This document shows positions 8,373-17,925 of a stretch of 64,000 nt of DNA, piece by piece; the stretch's first letter is position 1; the number at the start of each line of letters is the position of its first letter. The position numbers were made by a program, and so were the translations under genes. The stretch lies in contig CAVRGP010000015.1 in NCBI GenBank assembly GCA_963720755.1, positions 224,001 through 288,000 of the forward strand, given 5' to 3'. This stretch comes from an uncultured Chloroflexia bacterium. GTDB lineage: Bacteria > Chloroflexota > Limnocylindria > Limnocylindrales > CSP1-4. The notes beneath the pieces are model-generated. The model was given only the letters and a program-made list of their open reading frames with translations, was not told where the DNA came from and searched no databases.

Positions 8373-10166
8373 TCAGGCGGTCGGCTCCTCGGGTTCCGGA
8401 TCGCCGTCCAGGGCCGTGGCGAGCTGTCGGAGCGGCGTCGCGGCGGCGATGTCGACCGACAGGTAGCACTGGTCTTCGCCGATGAGCGACATCAGCCCAG
8501 ATCGGCGCATCCGATCTCGAACCGAACCGCGGACTTGCGCCAGGCGCAGTTCGATCGCCCGGTTCCGAAGGTCCGAGTACAACAGGGTGAGCATGTCGAT
8601 CGTTGCCACATCCAGGTCGGCCGTCGCGGAGATGTCGAGGATGACGGCCCGTGGCGCCGATGCCCGCCCGGCGATCAATGCCGTGATCTGATCCTTGGCG
8701 ACGTCGGCGTTGACGAACGTGAGCGGCACATTGGGACGCAGGATGAGGAGATGCGGGACCGGCTCGGCGGAGGTGTGGCGATCCGTGTCGCCGAACACCG
8801 GTGGATCGCCCGGGATCCGACCGAGCGTCGCGATGTACGGTCGGCTGGCCTGGTACAGGATGGCCAGCAGGGACAGGGCCACCGCGATCGCCATCCCGGT
8901 CAGCGCCGTCGTGAACACGACACCAGCGAGCGCGGTCATCGCCAGCAGGAAGTCGGTTCGCCGCCAGGCGAAGTAGCGCCGCAGCTGGCCGAGGTCCACC
9001 AGGCCCAGGACGGAGCTGATGACGATGGCCGACAGGACCGCCATCGGCAGGTTCTTGAAGAGCGGCGCCAGGAAGATCGAGGTGGCCAGGACGAGACCGG
9101 CGGTGAACAGGGACGATACCTGGGTCCGGTTGCCGGACGCCTCGCCGGTCGCCGACTGGCTGAAGCTCGCGTCCACGACAAAGCCGCCGAACAGACCGGC
9201 GCCGAAGTTCGATGCTCCGAGGGCGATCAGTTCCTGGTCCGGGTCGATCTCGTAGTCGTGCCTGGCCGCGAACGACCGGGCCGCCCCGATCGACTCGGCG
9301 ATCGCCAGGAAGACGATCCCGAAGGCTCCGGTCACGACCAGGACGAGATCGCCGAACGCGATCCGCGGCATGGTCGGGAGCGGGACGCCGGTCGCGACCT
9401 CCCCGACCACCGCGACGCCGTAGCCTGCGAGGTCGAACGCCGTCGACAGGCCGATGCCGACGAGCAGGGCGACGAGCGCCCCCGGGATCCGAGGGGCGAT
9501 CCGCTTGAGGATCAGGATGCCGACCAACGATCCCACGCCGAGCATCGCGGTGTACGGCACGGTATCGGTGAGCTCGAAGATCAGCGCGATCAGGCGTTCG
9601 GGGACGGTCCCGTCCACTGTTGGGATGCCCAGCAGCCCGGGCAGCTGGCCGAGGGTGATGGTGACCGCCAGGCCGATCACGAACCCGGTGACCACCGATG
9701 CGGCCAGGAATTGGGACAGGAAGCCCAGGCGCAGGGCTCCGGCCACGATGAGGATGATCCCGACCGTCAGCGCCAAGGCGGCGCTGAGCGCGACATAGGT
9801 CGCCATATCGGCCGATCCGGCGCCGGCCCCGATGACCGAGGCGGACAGGATCGCCACCGACGAACTGGCAGTGACCTTGACGTGGCGCGACGTCCCGAAC
9901 ACGGCGTAGGCGGCAAGCGCCGCGAACGCCGTGACCAGGCCCAGTTCGGGCGGGACCCCGGCCAGGCCCGCATAGGCCATGGCGACCGGGACCATGACGC
10001 CCCAGCTGACGAGACCGGAGATCAGGTCGAAGCGCAGGTCGGCCCGGTCGTAGCGCGGGAGCCAGCCCAGGATCGGCACATAGTGGGTGATGGCTTCGCG
10101 CACGGCCGACGCCTCGTGCGGTCGAGTCGGTCGCGGTTCGGGCGTTTCGATCGGGGTCTCGCTCAT
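8373..10166 (-). CDS. SulP/SLC26 family anion permease with STAS domain
   Basis: DLISGLVSWGVMVPVAMAYAGLAGVPPELGL, DPDQELIALG.SN, and C-terminal STAS (LTFVNAD, VILDISATADLDVAT). Start taken at MSETP. Confidence 0.93.
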   Translation of the reverse strand: MSETPIETPEPRPTRPHEASAVREAITHYVPILGWLPRYDRADLRFDLISGLVSWGVMVPVAMAYAGLAGVPPELGLVTAFAALAAYAVFGTSRHVKVTASSSVAILSASVIGAGAGSADMATYVALSAALALTVGIILIVAGALRLGFLSQFLAASVVTGFVIGLAVTITLGQLPGLLGIPTVDGTVPERLIALIFELTDTVPYTAMLGVGSLVGILILKRIAPRIPGALVALLVGIGLSTAFDLAGYGVAVVGEVATGVPLPTMPRIAFGDLVLVVTGAFGIVFLAIAESIGAARSFAARHDYEIDPDQELIALGASNFGAGLFGGFVVDASFSQSATGEASGNRTQVSSLFTAGLVLATSIFLAPLFKNLPMAVLSAIVISSVLGLVDLGQLRRYFAWRRTDFLLAMTALAGVVFTTALTGMAIAVALSLLAILYQASRPYIATLGRIPGDPPVFGDTDRHTSAEPVPHLLILRPNVPLTFVNADVAKDQITALIAGRASAPRAVILDISATADLDVATIDMLTLLYSDLRNRAIELRLAQVRGSVRDRMRRSGLMSLIGEDQCYLSVDIAAATPLRQLATALDGDPEPEEPTA

Positions 10167-10321
10167 GCGCCGCAGGCGCGGCGGAGGCTGTCCGGCCGAT
10201 CCGCCATCGTCGCGGGCTGCAGCATGCGGGTCATCCACTCCCCGTCGATCAGGACCCCCATGCCGGGAGTCGCGAGGCCGCCATCCTACCAACCGCCTGC
10301 CGGGCCGAGTACGCTGCGTCG

Positions 10322-11242
10322 GTGTTCGCCACGCTGCTCGGGGCGCTGCCTCGGCCACCGGTCCCGGAAGACGCCCCGATCGACGCGATCGTCGAGGCCG
10401 TCGTCGCCGCCCAGGACGCAGCCGGACTGGAGCCCATCACCGACGGTGGCTTCCGCGACGGAGCCGATCCGGTCGGGGCGTGGCGATCGACGTCGAGCTC
10501 GACCGACCGGATGGTCAAGCAGGTCCTGACGGGTCCGTACACCTTCGGCCGGTCGCCGTCCGGGGCCGTCGCGAAACCCGCGGACCGTGCAGGTGTCACC
10601 CTGGCGCGGGCGTCCGCATTGCATGGTGTCATCCGCGACCTCGCCGACGCGGGCTGCGTGCTGGTCGAGATCCACGAACCGGCGGCGACGTCGATCGGAG
10701 AGGATCCAGATGAGCGGGCGCTCTTCCGCGAGGCCCATGAACGCATGGCCCGGGATCTGGACGGGGTCCACCTGTCACTCGCGATCACCGGCGGGGACGC
10801 GGACGTCGCGGGCGTCGACACGCTCCTTGCGGCGCCCTATGCGAGCCTGGCGGTCGACCTCATCGCCGGTCCGGAGAACTGGCGACTCGTCGTCGCGACG
10901 CCGCAGCAAGTCGGCATCGTGTGCGGAGCCATGTCCGCGGCCGACGACAGCTTCGACGGACCGGAGGTCCTGCTCTGGGCCGCCGGCTACGCGGCGTCCA
11001 CGAAGGGCCGCGGGCCGCTCAGGGTCGGCCTCGCCACCGCGTCCTCACTGGCCCACCTCCCGTGGGCGGTCGCGGCTCGCAAGCTCGAGCGCCTCGGGGA
11101 GGCCGCGCGACTTGCCGAGCTGCCGGTCGACGAACGCAACGCCCGGCTGGATCCGCGAGCCGTCAGCATCCGGAGCGCCGCGCTCGGGCGGGTCGGGCCG
11201 GCGCGACCGAACCGTCCGGTCAAGGATCACGACGCGACTTGA
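10322..11242 (+). CDS. Cobalamin-independent methionine synthase (MetE)-like TIM-barrel protein, degenerate
   Basis: [47 protein letters not shown] and [13 protein letters not shown] match the MetE catalytic-domain pattern. The Zn ligands appear to be missing. Confidence 0.6.
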   Translation: MFATLLGALPRPPVPEDAPIDAIVEAVVAAQDAAGLEPITDGGFRDGADPVGAWRSTSSSTDRMVKQVLTGPYTFGRSPSGAVAKPADRAGVTLARASALHGVIRDLADAGCVLVEIHEPAATSIGEDPDERALFREAHERMARDLDGVHLSLAITGGDADVAGVDTLLAAPYASLAVDLIAGPENWRLVVATPQQVGIVCGAMSAADDSFDGPEVLLWAAGYAASTKGRGPLRVGLATASSLAHLPWAVAARKLERLGEAARLAELPVDERNARLDPRAVSIRSAALGRVGPARPNRPVKDHDAT

Positions 11243-11267
11243 TTCCGTGGCCCGGCGGTGCCACCAT
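11239..11267 (+). promoter_or_regulatory. Putative sigma70 promoter of the form II cox-like operon (TTGATT-N17-CACCAT, extended -10 TG)
   Basis: Consensus-like hexamers at canonical spacing upstream of the GGAGG RBS. Confidence 0.45.
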
Positions 11268-11328
11268 CGGGCAACCTCTCCACCGTCCTCGACTCGGCCA
11301 CCGGATTCGTCGAAGGAGGTTCTCGTCC

Positions 11329-11817
11329 GTGAGCGAACACATCGCGTTCGTCGTCAATGGGACACCCCGCGAGCTCGATGTCGAGCCGAGACGGATGCTC
11401 GTCCAGGCCCTCCGTGAGGACCTCGACCTGACCGGGACCCACATCGGTTGCGACACGAGTCAGTGCGGCGCCTGCACCGTCCATGTCGACGGCCGGCCGA
11501 TCAAGTCGTGCACGATGCTCGCGGTCCAGGCCGACGGCGCCGAGGTGCTGACCATCGAAGGTCTGGCCGACGGCGAGACCCTCCATCCGATGCAGAACGC
11601 GTTCTGGGAGAAACATGGCCTGCAGTGCGGATTCTGCACGCCGGGCATGATCATGACCGCGGTCGACCTGCTCGATCGGAACCCGGACCCGACCGACGAC
11701 GAGATCCGCCACGCGATCGAAGGAAACTTCTGTCGCTGCACGGGCTACCAGAACATCGTCGCGGCCATCCGCCACGCCGCCGAGACCATCCGGTCCGGCG
11801 CGGCTGCCAGCGCATAG
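11329..11817 (+). CDS. (2Fe-2S)-binding small subunit (CoxS/CutS-like) of the form II CODH-like molybdo-flavoprotein
   Basis: [29 protein letters not shown] start after AGGAGG. Confidence 0.93.
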   Translation: MSEHIAFVVNGTPRELDVEPRRMLVQALREDLDLTGTHIGCDTSQCGACTVHVDGRPIKSCTMLAVQADGAEVLTIEGLADGETLHPMQNAFWEKHGLQCGFCTPGMIMTAVDLLDRNPDPTDDEIRHAIEGNFCRCTGYQNIVAAIRHAAETIRSGAAASA

Positions 11818-11833
11818 GGCGAGGAGGCACGAC

Positions 11834-14236
11834 ATGACCACCGACGTCCTGGGGGCCCGGGTCAAGCGAGTCGAGGATCCGCGCTTCATCACCGGCGAGG
11901 GCAACTACGTCGACGACATCAAGCTCGCGTCGATGGCCCACATGGCCATCCTGCGCAGCCCGTACGCGCACGCCAACATCCGTTCCATCGACATCTCGGC
12001 CGCCAAGAACATGCCGGGCGTGGCCGCGGTGTTCGTCGGCGCGGACATCCCGTACAACCCGCTGCCGATGGCCTGGCCGGCGGGCGGCAGTGCCGGGATC
12101 CAGAACAACATCAACATGCCTCGCGTGCTCGCGACCGACAGCGTCAAGTGGACCGGCGAAGGCGTTGCTGCGGTCGTCGCGGACACGGCGGCCCAGGCGT
12201 TCGACGCGCTCGAGGCCATCGTGGTCGACTACGAGCCCCTGCCAGCGGTCGTCGATGCGGAGAAGGCCATCGCGCCGGGGGCTCCACAGCTCCATGAGAA
12301 CGCCCCGAATAACGTCGTGTTCGAGTGGAGCGTCGGCGACAAGGCGGGGACGGACGCAGCGGTCGATGGCGCCGAGGTCGTGGTTCGCCAGCGGATCGTC
12401 AACCAGCGCCTGATCCCGAACCCGATGGAGACCCGCGGCGACATCGGCTGGTACAACCCGGGCACGGACGAGTACACGGTCTGGATGTCCAGCCAGACGC
12501 CACATATCCAGCGGTTGCTGCTCACCGCGTTCGTCACCGGGATCCCGGAACACAAGGTCCGCTGCATCGCCCCGGACGTCGGTGGAGCGTTCGGGACGAA
12601 GATCTTCTGCTACGCGGACATGGCCCTGACGATGTTCGCCAGCAAGGCCATCGGTGGGCGTCCGGTCAAGTGGGTCGAGAGCCGGCGCGAGAACTACCAG
12701 AGCACGATCCACGGCCGCGATCACATCACCTACCTGGAGATCGCCGGTACCCGCGAAGGCGAGATCACCGGGGTCCGGGTCAAGACCCTGGCCAATCTCG
12801 GTGGCCGCCTGTCGACGATCGGACCGGGCATCCCGACGACCCTCTACGCACGGGTCCTGAGCGGCTGCTACAAGATCCCGAACGTCTATGCGGAAGTGAC
12901 CGGCGTCTACACCAACACGACCTTCGTCGATGCCTACCGCGGCGCGGGTCGGCCGGAAGCGACCTACGTCATCGAGCGGGCGATGGACCTGTTCGCGGCG
13001 GAGATCGGGATGGACCGGGCCGAGATCCGGCGCCGGAACTTCATCGCCCCGGACAAGTTCCCGTACGAGAACCCCTCGGGCCTCGGGACGGCATCGGGTG
13101 GCGCCAAGATCTACATCGACTCCGGGAACTACGAACCGGCGATGGACAAGGCCCTCGAGATGGCGGGGTACGCCGGTCTGGAGGCAACGAAGGCCGAGGC
13201 GAAGACCCGCGGCAAGCTCCTCGGCGCCGGTCTGTCGACCTACCTCGAGGTCTGCGGGGTCGCCCCATCCAAGTGGATCGGAGCCGTCGGCGAAGGCTGG
13301 GGCGCTGCCATGTGGGAATCGGCCAACATCCGGGTCCACCTGACCGGCAAGGTCGTCGTGACCATGGGAACGTCGCCCCAGGGTCAGGGTCATGAGACGA
13401 CCTACGCGCAGGTCATGAGCCATGAACTGGGCGTGCCCATGGACGACATCGTCATCCAGCATTCGGACACCCAGGGGACCCCATTCGGCTACGGCTCCTA
13501 CGGCAGCAGAACGTCGTCGGTCGGGAGTACCGCGGCGATCAAGGCCGCCGTCAAGATCCGGGAGAAGGCACGACGGTACGCGGCCCACATGCTCGAGGCC
13601 TCGCCCGAGGACATCGAGATCGAGGGTGCGAACTACCGGGTCAAGGGCAGCCCCGACAAGGTGAAGACCCTCCAGGAGATCGCATTCGCGCTCGACCTCG
13701 CGTTCGATACCCCGGAGGGGATGGAGCCGTATCTCGACGAGACCGCTTACCACGACACCCCGAACTGCACCTGGCCGTTCGGGACTCACATCGCCATCGT
13801 CGAGATCGACGAGGAAACCGGACATGTGGAGCTCGTCCGGTATGTCGCGGTCGATGACGTGGGCAACAAGATCAACCCGATGATCGTCGATGGCCAGCTC
13901 CATGGTGGCATCGCCCAGGGCGTCGGCCAGGCGCTCTGGGAGGGGGCGATCTACGACGACCAGGGGCAGCTGCTCACGGGCTCGATGCTCGATTACGCGA
14001 TGCCCAGGGCGTCGTTCTTTCCGCATCTCGAGCTGGATGAGACGGTGACCCCGTCGCCGGTCAATCCGATCGGGGTGAAGGGCGTCGGCGAGGCCGGCGC
14101 GATCGCGAGCACGGCAGCCGTGGCCAATGCGGTCGTGGATGCGCTCAGTCCACTAGGCATCCGACACCTCGATATGCCCTACACACCACAGACCGTATGG
14201 CGCGCCATCCAGTCCGCGAAGGGAGGCCAGGCGTGA
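11834..14236 (+). CDS. Xanthine dehydrogenase family molybdopterin-binding large subunit, form II CoxL-like
   Basis: Active-site loop AYRGAGRPEA (form II, no Cu-binding Cys), GGAFGTK, QGQGHET, KGVGEAG. S-L-M gene order. Confidence 0.93.
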   Translation: MTTDVLGARVKRVEDPRFITGEGNYVDDIKLASMAHMAILRSPYAHANIRSIDISAAKNMPGVAAVFVGADIPYNPLPMAWPAGGSAGIQNNINMPRVLATDSVKWTGEGVAAVVADTAAQAFDALEAIVVDYEPLPAVVDAEKAIAPGAPQLHENAPNNVVFEWSVGDKAGTDAAVDGAEVVVRQRIVNQRLIPNPMETRGDIGWYNPGTDEYTVWMSSQTPHIQRLLLTAFVTGIPEHKVRCIAPDVGGAFGTKIFCYADMALTMFASKAIGGRPVKWVESRRENYQSTIHGRDHITYLEIAGTREGEITGVRVKTLANLGGRLSTIGPGIPTTLYARVLSGCYKIPNVYAEVTGVYTNTTFVDAYRGAGRPEATYVIERAMDLFAAEIGMDRAEIRRRNFIAPDKFPYENPSGLGTASGGAKIYIDSGNYEPAMDKALEMAGYAGLEATKAEAKTRGKLLGAGLSTYLEVCGVAPSKWIGAVGEGWGAAMWESANIRVHLTGKVVVTMGTSPQGQGHETTYAQVMSHELGVPMDDIVIQHSDTQGTPFGYGSYGSRTSSVGSTAAIKAAVKIREKARRYAAHMLEASPEDIEIEGANYRVKGSPDKVKTLQEIAFALDLAFDTPEGMEPYLDETAYHDTPNCTWPFGTHIAIVEIDEETGHVELVRYVAVDDVGNKINPMIVDGQLHGGIAQGVGQALWEGAIYDDQGQLLTGSMLDYAMPRASFFPHLELDETVTPSPVNPIGVKGVGEAGAIASTAAVANAVVDALSPLGIRHLDMPYTPQTVWRAIQSAKGGQA

Positions 14237-15081
14237 TCCCGGCAGCGTTCGACTACCAGCGGCCGTCGACGGTCGACGATGCGCTCAAGGCCCTGGCGGG
14301 CGCCGGGGACGGGGCCAAGGTCCTGGCCGGCGGCCAGAGCCTGCTCCCGCTCCTCAAGCTCCGGCTGGCGAGCGCGGACACGCTCATCGACATCGGTCGC
14401 CTGTCGGAATTGAAGGGCGCCGGTCCGACTCCTGACGGAGGGTTCGAGTTGGGGGCGCTGGCAACGTACGCCGAAGCCCTCGCGGCGTCGGCCGACGACT
14501 GGACCGCAGCGGGCATCGAGCAGATCGGCGACGTCCAGGTTCGCAACCGCGGGACCGTAGGTGGGTCGGTCGCTCATTGCGACCCGACCTCGGACCTGCC
14601 GGCGATGGGCCTCGCGCTCGACTACTCCATCGTCCTGCGTTCGGTCCGCGGCGAGCGGGTCGTGCCGATGGACGGATTCTTCGAGGGTCCGTTCCAGACT
14701 CGAATGGCTCCGGACGAGCTGGTCGTGGCGTTGCGTCGCGGCCCGCTTCCGCCCGGAGCCGCCGGTGCGTACCGGAAGCTGGCACAGCCGGCATCCGGCT
14801 ATGCGACGGTCGGGGTCGCGGCCGTGGTCGCGATGTCCGGTGGAGCGATCAGCCACGCTCGCGTGGCGTTGACCGGGGTGGGCGAGGCGCCCTACCGAGC
14901 CAAGGGGGTCGAGGACGCCCTCCTTGGGACGGATGGCTCGGCAACCGCGGTCGCGGCAGCGGCCGAGCACGCGATCGACGGACAGACCGTCAACAGCGAT
15001 ATCCATGCGGATCGCGAGTACCGGGGTCGGATGGCCGTCGTGTACACACGACGGGCGATCGAGGGTGCGCTCGGGCGCTAG
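14233..15081 (+). CDS. FAD-binding medium subunit (CoxM/CutM-like)
   Basis: IPAAFDYQRP, LAGGQSLLPLLKLRL, QVRNRGTVGGS. GTGA overlap with the large subunit gene. Confidence 0.92.
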   Translation: MIPAAFDYQRPSTVDDALKALAGAGDGAKVLAGGQSLLPLLKLRLASADTLIDIGRLSELKGAGPTPDGGFELGALATYAEALAASADDWTAAGIEQIGDVQVRNRGTVGGSVAHCDPTSDLPAMGLALDYSIVLRSVRGERVVPMDGFFEGPFQTRMAPDELVVALRRGPLPPGAAGAYRKLAQPASGYATVGVAAVVAMSGGAISHARVALTGVGEAPYRAKGVEDALLGTDGSATAVAAAAEHAIDGQTVNSDIHADREYRGRMAVVYTRRAIEGALGR

Positions 15082-15110
15082 GTCGCGCGACCGACCGTCC
15101 CAGCCACATC

Positions 15111-16154
15111 GTGCAGGTCCAGCGCGTCACGCCCGGGCGGCGGGTCCCCGCTCGCCTGGTGGGTTCGGTGCTTGCCCGCGATGTGAGCGTGGCCGGCCGG
15201 CGTTGGTCGAAGGGCCGCCGGCTGACCGCAGACGACCTGGCCGCGCTGGCGGCCGCGGATCCGGGCACGCCGATCAGCGTGCTGGTGCCAGAGGCCGGCG
15301 AACTCCATGAGGACGATGCCGCCACTCGGTTGGCGGACGCGGTCGGTGGGTCCGGGCTGACCCGGCGCGGGCCGAACCAGAGCCGGATCGACTTGCTGGC
15401 CGCGGCGCCGGGCGTCCTGCACGTGCGGGTGGCCGACCTGGAGCGACTCAATCGGATCGATCCACTCGAGGTGTTCACGGCGTTCGACGGCCAGATCGTC
15501 GATCGTGGCGATCTCGTCGCGAGCGTCAAGGTGGCCCCGCACCTGGTGGAGGCCGCGATCGTCGACGCGGGCGCTCGGCTCGCCGGGTTCGGCAACGATC
15601 CGCTCGTCTGGGTGGCGCCGTTCATCCCCGGGCGGGTCGGGGTCATCGTCAAGGGATCCGTCGGCGCCACGGCGCGCGAGCGGTTCGAGACCAGTGTCCG
15701 GGCCAAGATCGAAGGTCTCGGTTCGGTCCTTGACGCTATCGAGTACGTCCAGGACGACCCCGAAGCGGTCGAGGCGGCCCTTGCGGACTTCGTTCGACGA
15801 CCCGATCCGCTCGATCTGATCCTGACTGCCGGAGCGGCCAGTACCGATCCGCTGGATGCGTGTTTCGTTGCCATCGCCGCCCTCGGCGGCCGCGTGGTCC
15901 GCCGGGGCGTGCCGGCGCACCCGGGGTCGATGCTCTGGCTCGCCAGGATAGGCAGGACGGCGATCGTCGGTCTGCCGACCTGCGGCGCCTACTCGAAGGC
16001 CACCGCCGTGGACCTCCTGCTGCCCCGCCTCCTGTCGGGCGAACCCGCATCCGAGCGGACCGTGGCTACGCTCGGACATGGCGGGATCCTCACCCGCAGC
16101 CAGCGCTTCCGGTTCCCGCCGTACGCCCGCGAGCTGGATGCGCCCGAGGGGTAG
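15111..16154 (+). CDS. Molybdopterin-binding (MoeA/MogA-like) domain protein
   Basis: LHEDDAA, GAASTDPLD, GVPAHPGSMLWLA and GLPTCGAYSKATAVDLLLPRLL are typical of MoCF_biosynth-domain proteins found near xdh/cox clusters. Confidence 0.75.
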   Translation: MQVQRVTPGRRVPARLVGSVLARDVSVAGRRWSKGRRLTADDLAALAAADPGTPISVLVPEAGELHEDDAATRLADAVGGSGLTRRGPNQSRIDLLAAAPGVLHVRVADLERLNRIDPLEVFTAFDGQIVDRGDLVASVKVAPHLVEAAIVDAGARLAGFGNDPLVWVAPFIPGRVGVIVKGSVGATARERFETSVRAKIEGLGSVLDAIEYVQDDPEAVEAALADFVRRPDPLDLILTAGAASTDPLDACFVAIAALGGRVVRRGVPAHPGSMLWLARIGRTAIVGLPTCGAYSKATAVDLLLPRLLSGEPASERTVATLGHGGILTRSQRFRFPPYARELDAPEG

Positions 16155-16322
16155 GGCGGCGGTGGCCGAGACCTCGGAGACACACGACGCGCCGCGCGAT
16201 GGCGCAGGTAGGTAGACCCGTTCTGCCGCCGCGACTGGCGGTCGCGATCGGCCGCGGCGACGTTGTTTGAGTATTTGCCCTGCCCGATCCGTCATGACAG
16301 GTAACACGGCCCGACCTGGGCC

Positions 16323-16895
16323 GTGCCGGAGATGGAGCGTTTGATGAGGCGCGAACTTGTCGAGGCGGCGGGCCGTGGAGACCACGAGGCATTCGAGATC
16401 CTCGCGACCTCCGCTGCCGATCGCCTTCACGCGGTCGCTCGCCTGATCCTTCGGGACTCGGCCCTGGCGGAAGACGCGGTACAGGAAGCGCTTGTCAACG
16501 CGTGGCAGCAGCTTCCCTCGCTGCGTGATCCGGATCGGTTCGACGCCTGGCTCTATCGCCTGGTGGTCAACGCCTGTGCCGACCAGGGCCGACAGCTGCG
16601 GCGCCGGTCGCAACAGGTGCGACTGCTATCACTCGATGTCCCGATCAGCGACGACACCGGTGATGTCGCCGATCGGGAGCAACTGGAACGGGGGTTCAAT
16701 CGACTGAAGCCCGACCAGCGGGCCGTGGTCGTCCTCCACTTCTACAGCGGGTTCTCGGCAGCCGAGATCGCACCGATCCTCGGGATTCCCGAGGGAACCG
16801 CACGATCCCGACTTCACTACGCGACCGAGGCGATGCGGGCGGCCCTCGAAGCCGACGCACGACCGCCGGCGGCCGCCCATGACAGGACTGCGTGA
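16323..16895 (+). CDS. ECF sigma factor
   Basis: LAEDAVQEALVNAWQQLPSLRDPDRFDAWLYRLVVN; LKPDQRAVVVLHFYSGFSAAEIAPILGIPEGTARSRLH. Confidence 0.92.
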   Translation: MPEMERLMRRELVEAAGRGDHEAFEILATSAADRLHAVARLILRDSALAEDAVQEALVNAWQQLPSLRDPDRFDAWLYRLVVNACADQGRQLRRRSQQVRLLSLDVPISDDTGDVADREQLERGFNRLKPDQRAVVVLHFYSGFSAAEIAPILGIPEGTARSRLHYATEAMRAALEADARPPAAAHDRTA

Positions 16896-17866
16896 TGGCC
16901 AACGACAGGCAGCTTGAACGGACGATCAGCCGCTGGCTCGAGGCAGAAGCCCCGACCCAGTTGCCCGATCGTGTCCTGCGCGCGACGTTCGAACGCACGC
17001 GCACCTCCAGGCAGCAGCGAAGCTGGCGCGCCCTCCTGTGGAGGAACCGAATCGTCATGAACAGATCCATCCCCATCGGCCTCGGCAGCGCCGCCGTGGT
17101 CATCGTCCTTCTCGGTGGCGTCATGCTCTTCGGTTCGTCCGGCGTCGGCGGACCAGGCCCATCGCCGACACCCAGTCCAACGCCGACAGCGACCTCGACA
17201 CCGACGCCGGCGCCGAGCTCGACCGCCGAACCGACACTCTCGATCGGCGGCGGACTGCCGTTGGGCCCGTACCAGATCGGCCAGGAAGTCGTCCCCATTA
17301 CCGTCGACATCCCGTCTTCAGGGTGGATGCCCATCACCGAACTCCAGGCCCTGTCCAAGGCGGACGACGGTCTGGACCCGCCGGATACCGTCGGTGGCGC
17401 GTTGCTCGCGTGGGCATGGCCTGCCGGAACCGGGTTCAACGTGTACGGGGATGGCTGTCATTGGGCGACGACCATCCCGGAGATGCCGGCCACGACGCCC
17501 GACGAGATCGCCGCGGCTCTCGCGACCCAGACGTCGAGCGACCCGACCGCGCCAGTGGCCGTCACCGTGGGCGGCTACGCCGGCAAGGCGATTACGCTGA
17601 CCGTGCCGATGACCTACGACCTGCCGAACTCGACCCGCGAGCAACGATTCGCCGATTGCGATCAGTCGCAGTACGGCTTCTATGCAGGCGGGGCAGACAC
17701 CGAACCGACGCGCAACGCCCAGGGAGCGGGCCAGGTCGACGAGCTGTGGATCCTGGACGTGAACGGTGTGATCGTGATCCTCGACGCGACCTACGGCCCT
17801 GCAGCATCGGCGGAGCTCGTCGGTGAGCTGCGAGCCATGGCCGAGTCGGCCACTTTCGGCGGCTAG
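16892..17866 (+). CDS. Putative anti-sigma / single-pass membrane protein with extracellular domain
   Basis: Coupled to the ECF sigma. Short N-terminal helical domain, TM helix, PT linker, then an extracellular domain with 2 Cys. Confidence 0.65.
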   Translation: MMANDRQLERTISRWLEAEAPTQLPDRVLRATFERTRTSRQQRSWRALLWRNRIVMNRSIPIGLGSAAVVIVLLGGVMLFGSSGVGGPGPSPTPSPTPTATSTPTPAPSSTAEPTLSIGGGLPLGPYQIGQEVVPITVDIPSSGWMPITELQALSKADDGLDPPDTVGGALLAWAWPAGTGFNVYGDGCHWATTIPEMPATTPDEIAAALATQTSSDPTAPVAVTVGGYAGKAITLTVPMTYDLPNSTREQRFADCDQSQYGFYAGGADTEPTRNAQGAGQVDELWILDVNGVIVILDATYGPAASAELVGELRAMAESATFGG

Positions 17867-17871
17867 ACCAG

Positions 17872-17902
17872 TCGGTGGGCGGCCGTTGTGGCCGCCCACC
17901 GA
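17872..17902 (+). terminator. GC-rich hairpin TCGGTGGGCGGCC-GTTGT-GGCCGCCCACCGA
   Basis: Perfect 13-bp inverted repeat immediately after the stop codon. No U-tract. Confidence 0.5.
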
Positions 17903-17925
17903 TCCGTTCCTCGGGGAGGCTCTCG

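Noticed and set aside
8322-10529. Long alternative-frame and antisense ORFs (735 aa here; also 11651-14026, 26649-28724, 58054-60588)
   Set aside because: Shadow ORFs opposite well-supported genes. They are expected at about 70% GC and have Arg/Pro/Gly-rich, motif-less translations.
11834-14236. Calling this a bona fide CO dehydrogenase
   Set aside because: It has AYRGAGR (form II) rather than AYXCSFR and lacks the Cu-binding Cys, so its substrate is uncertain.
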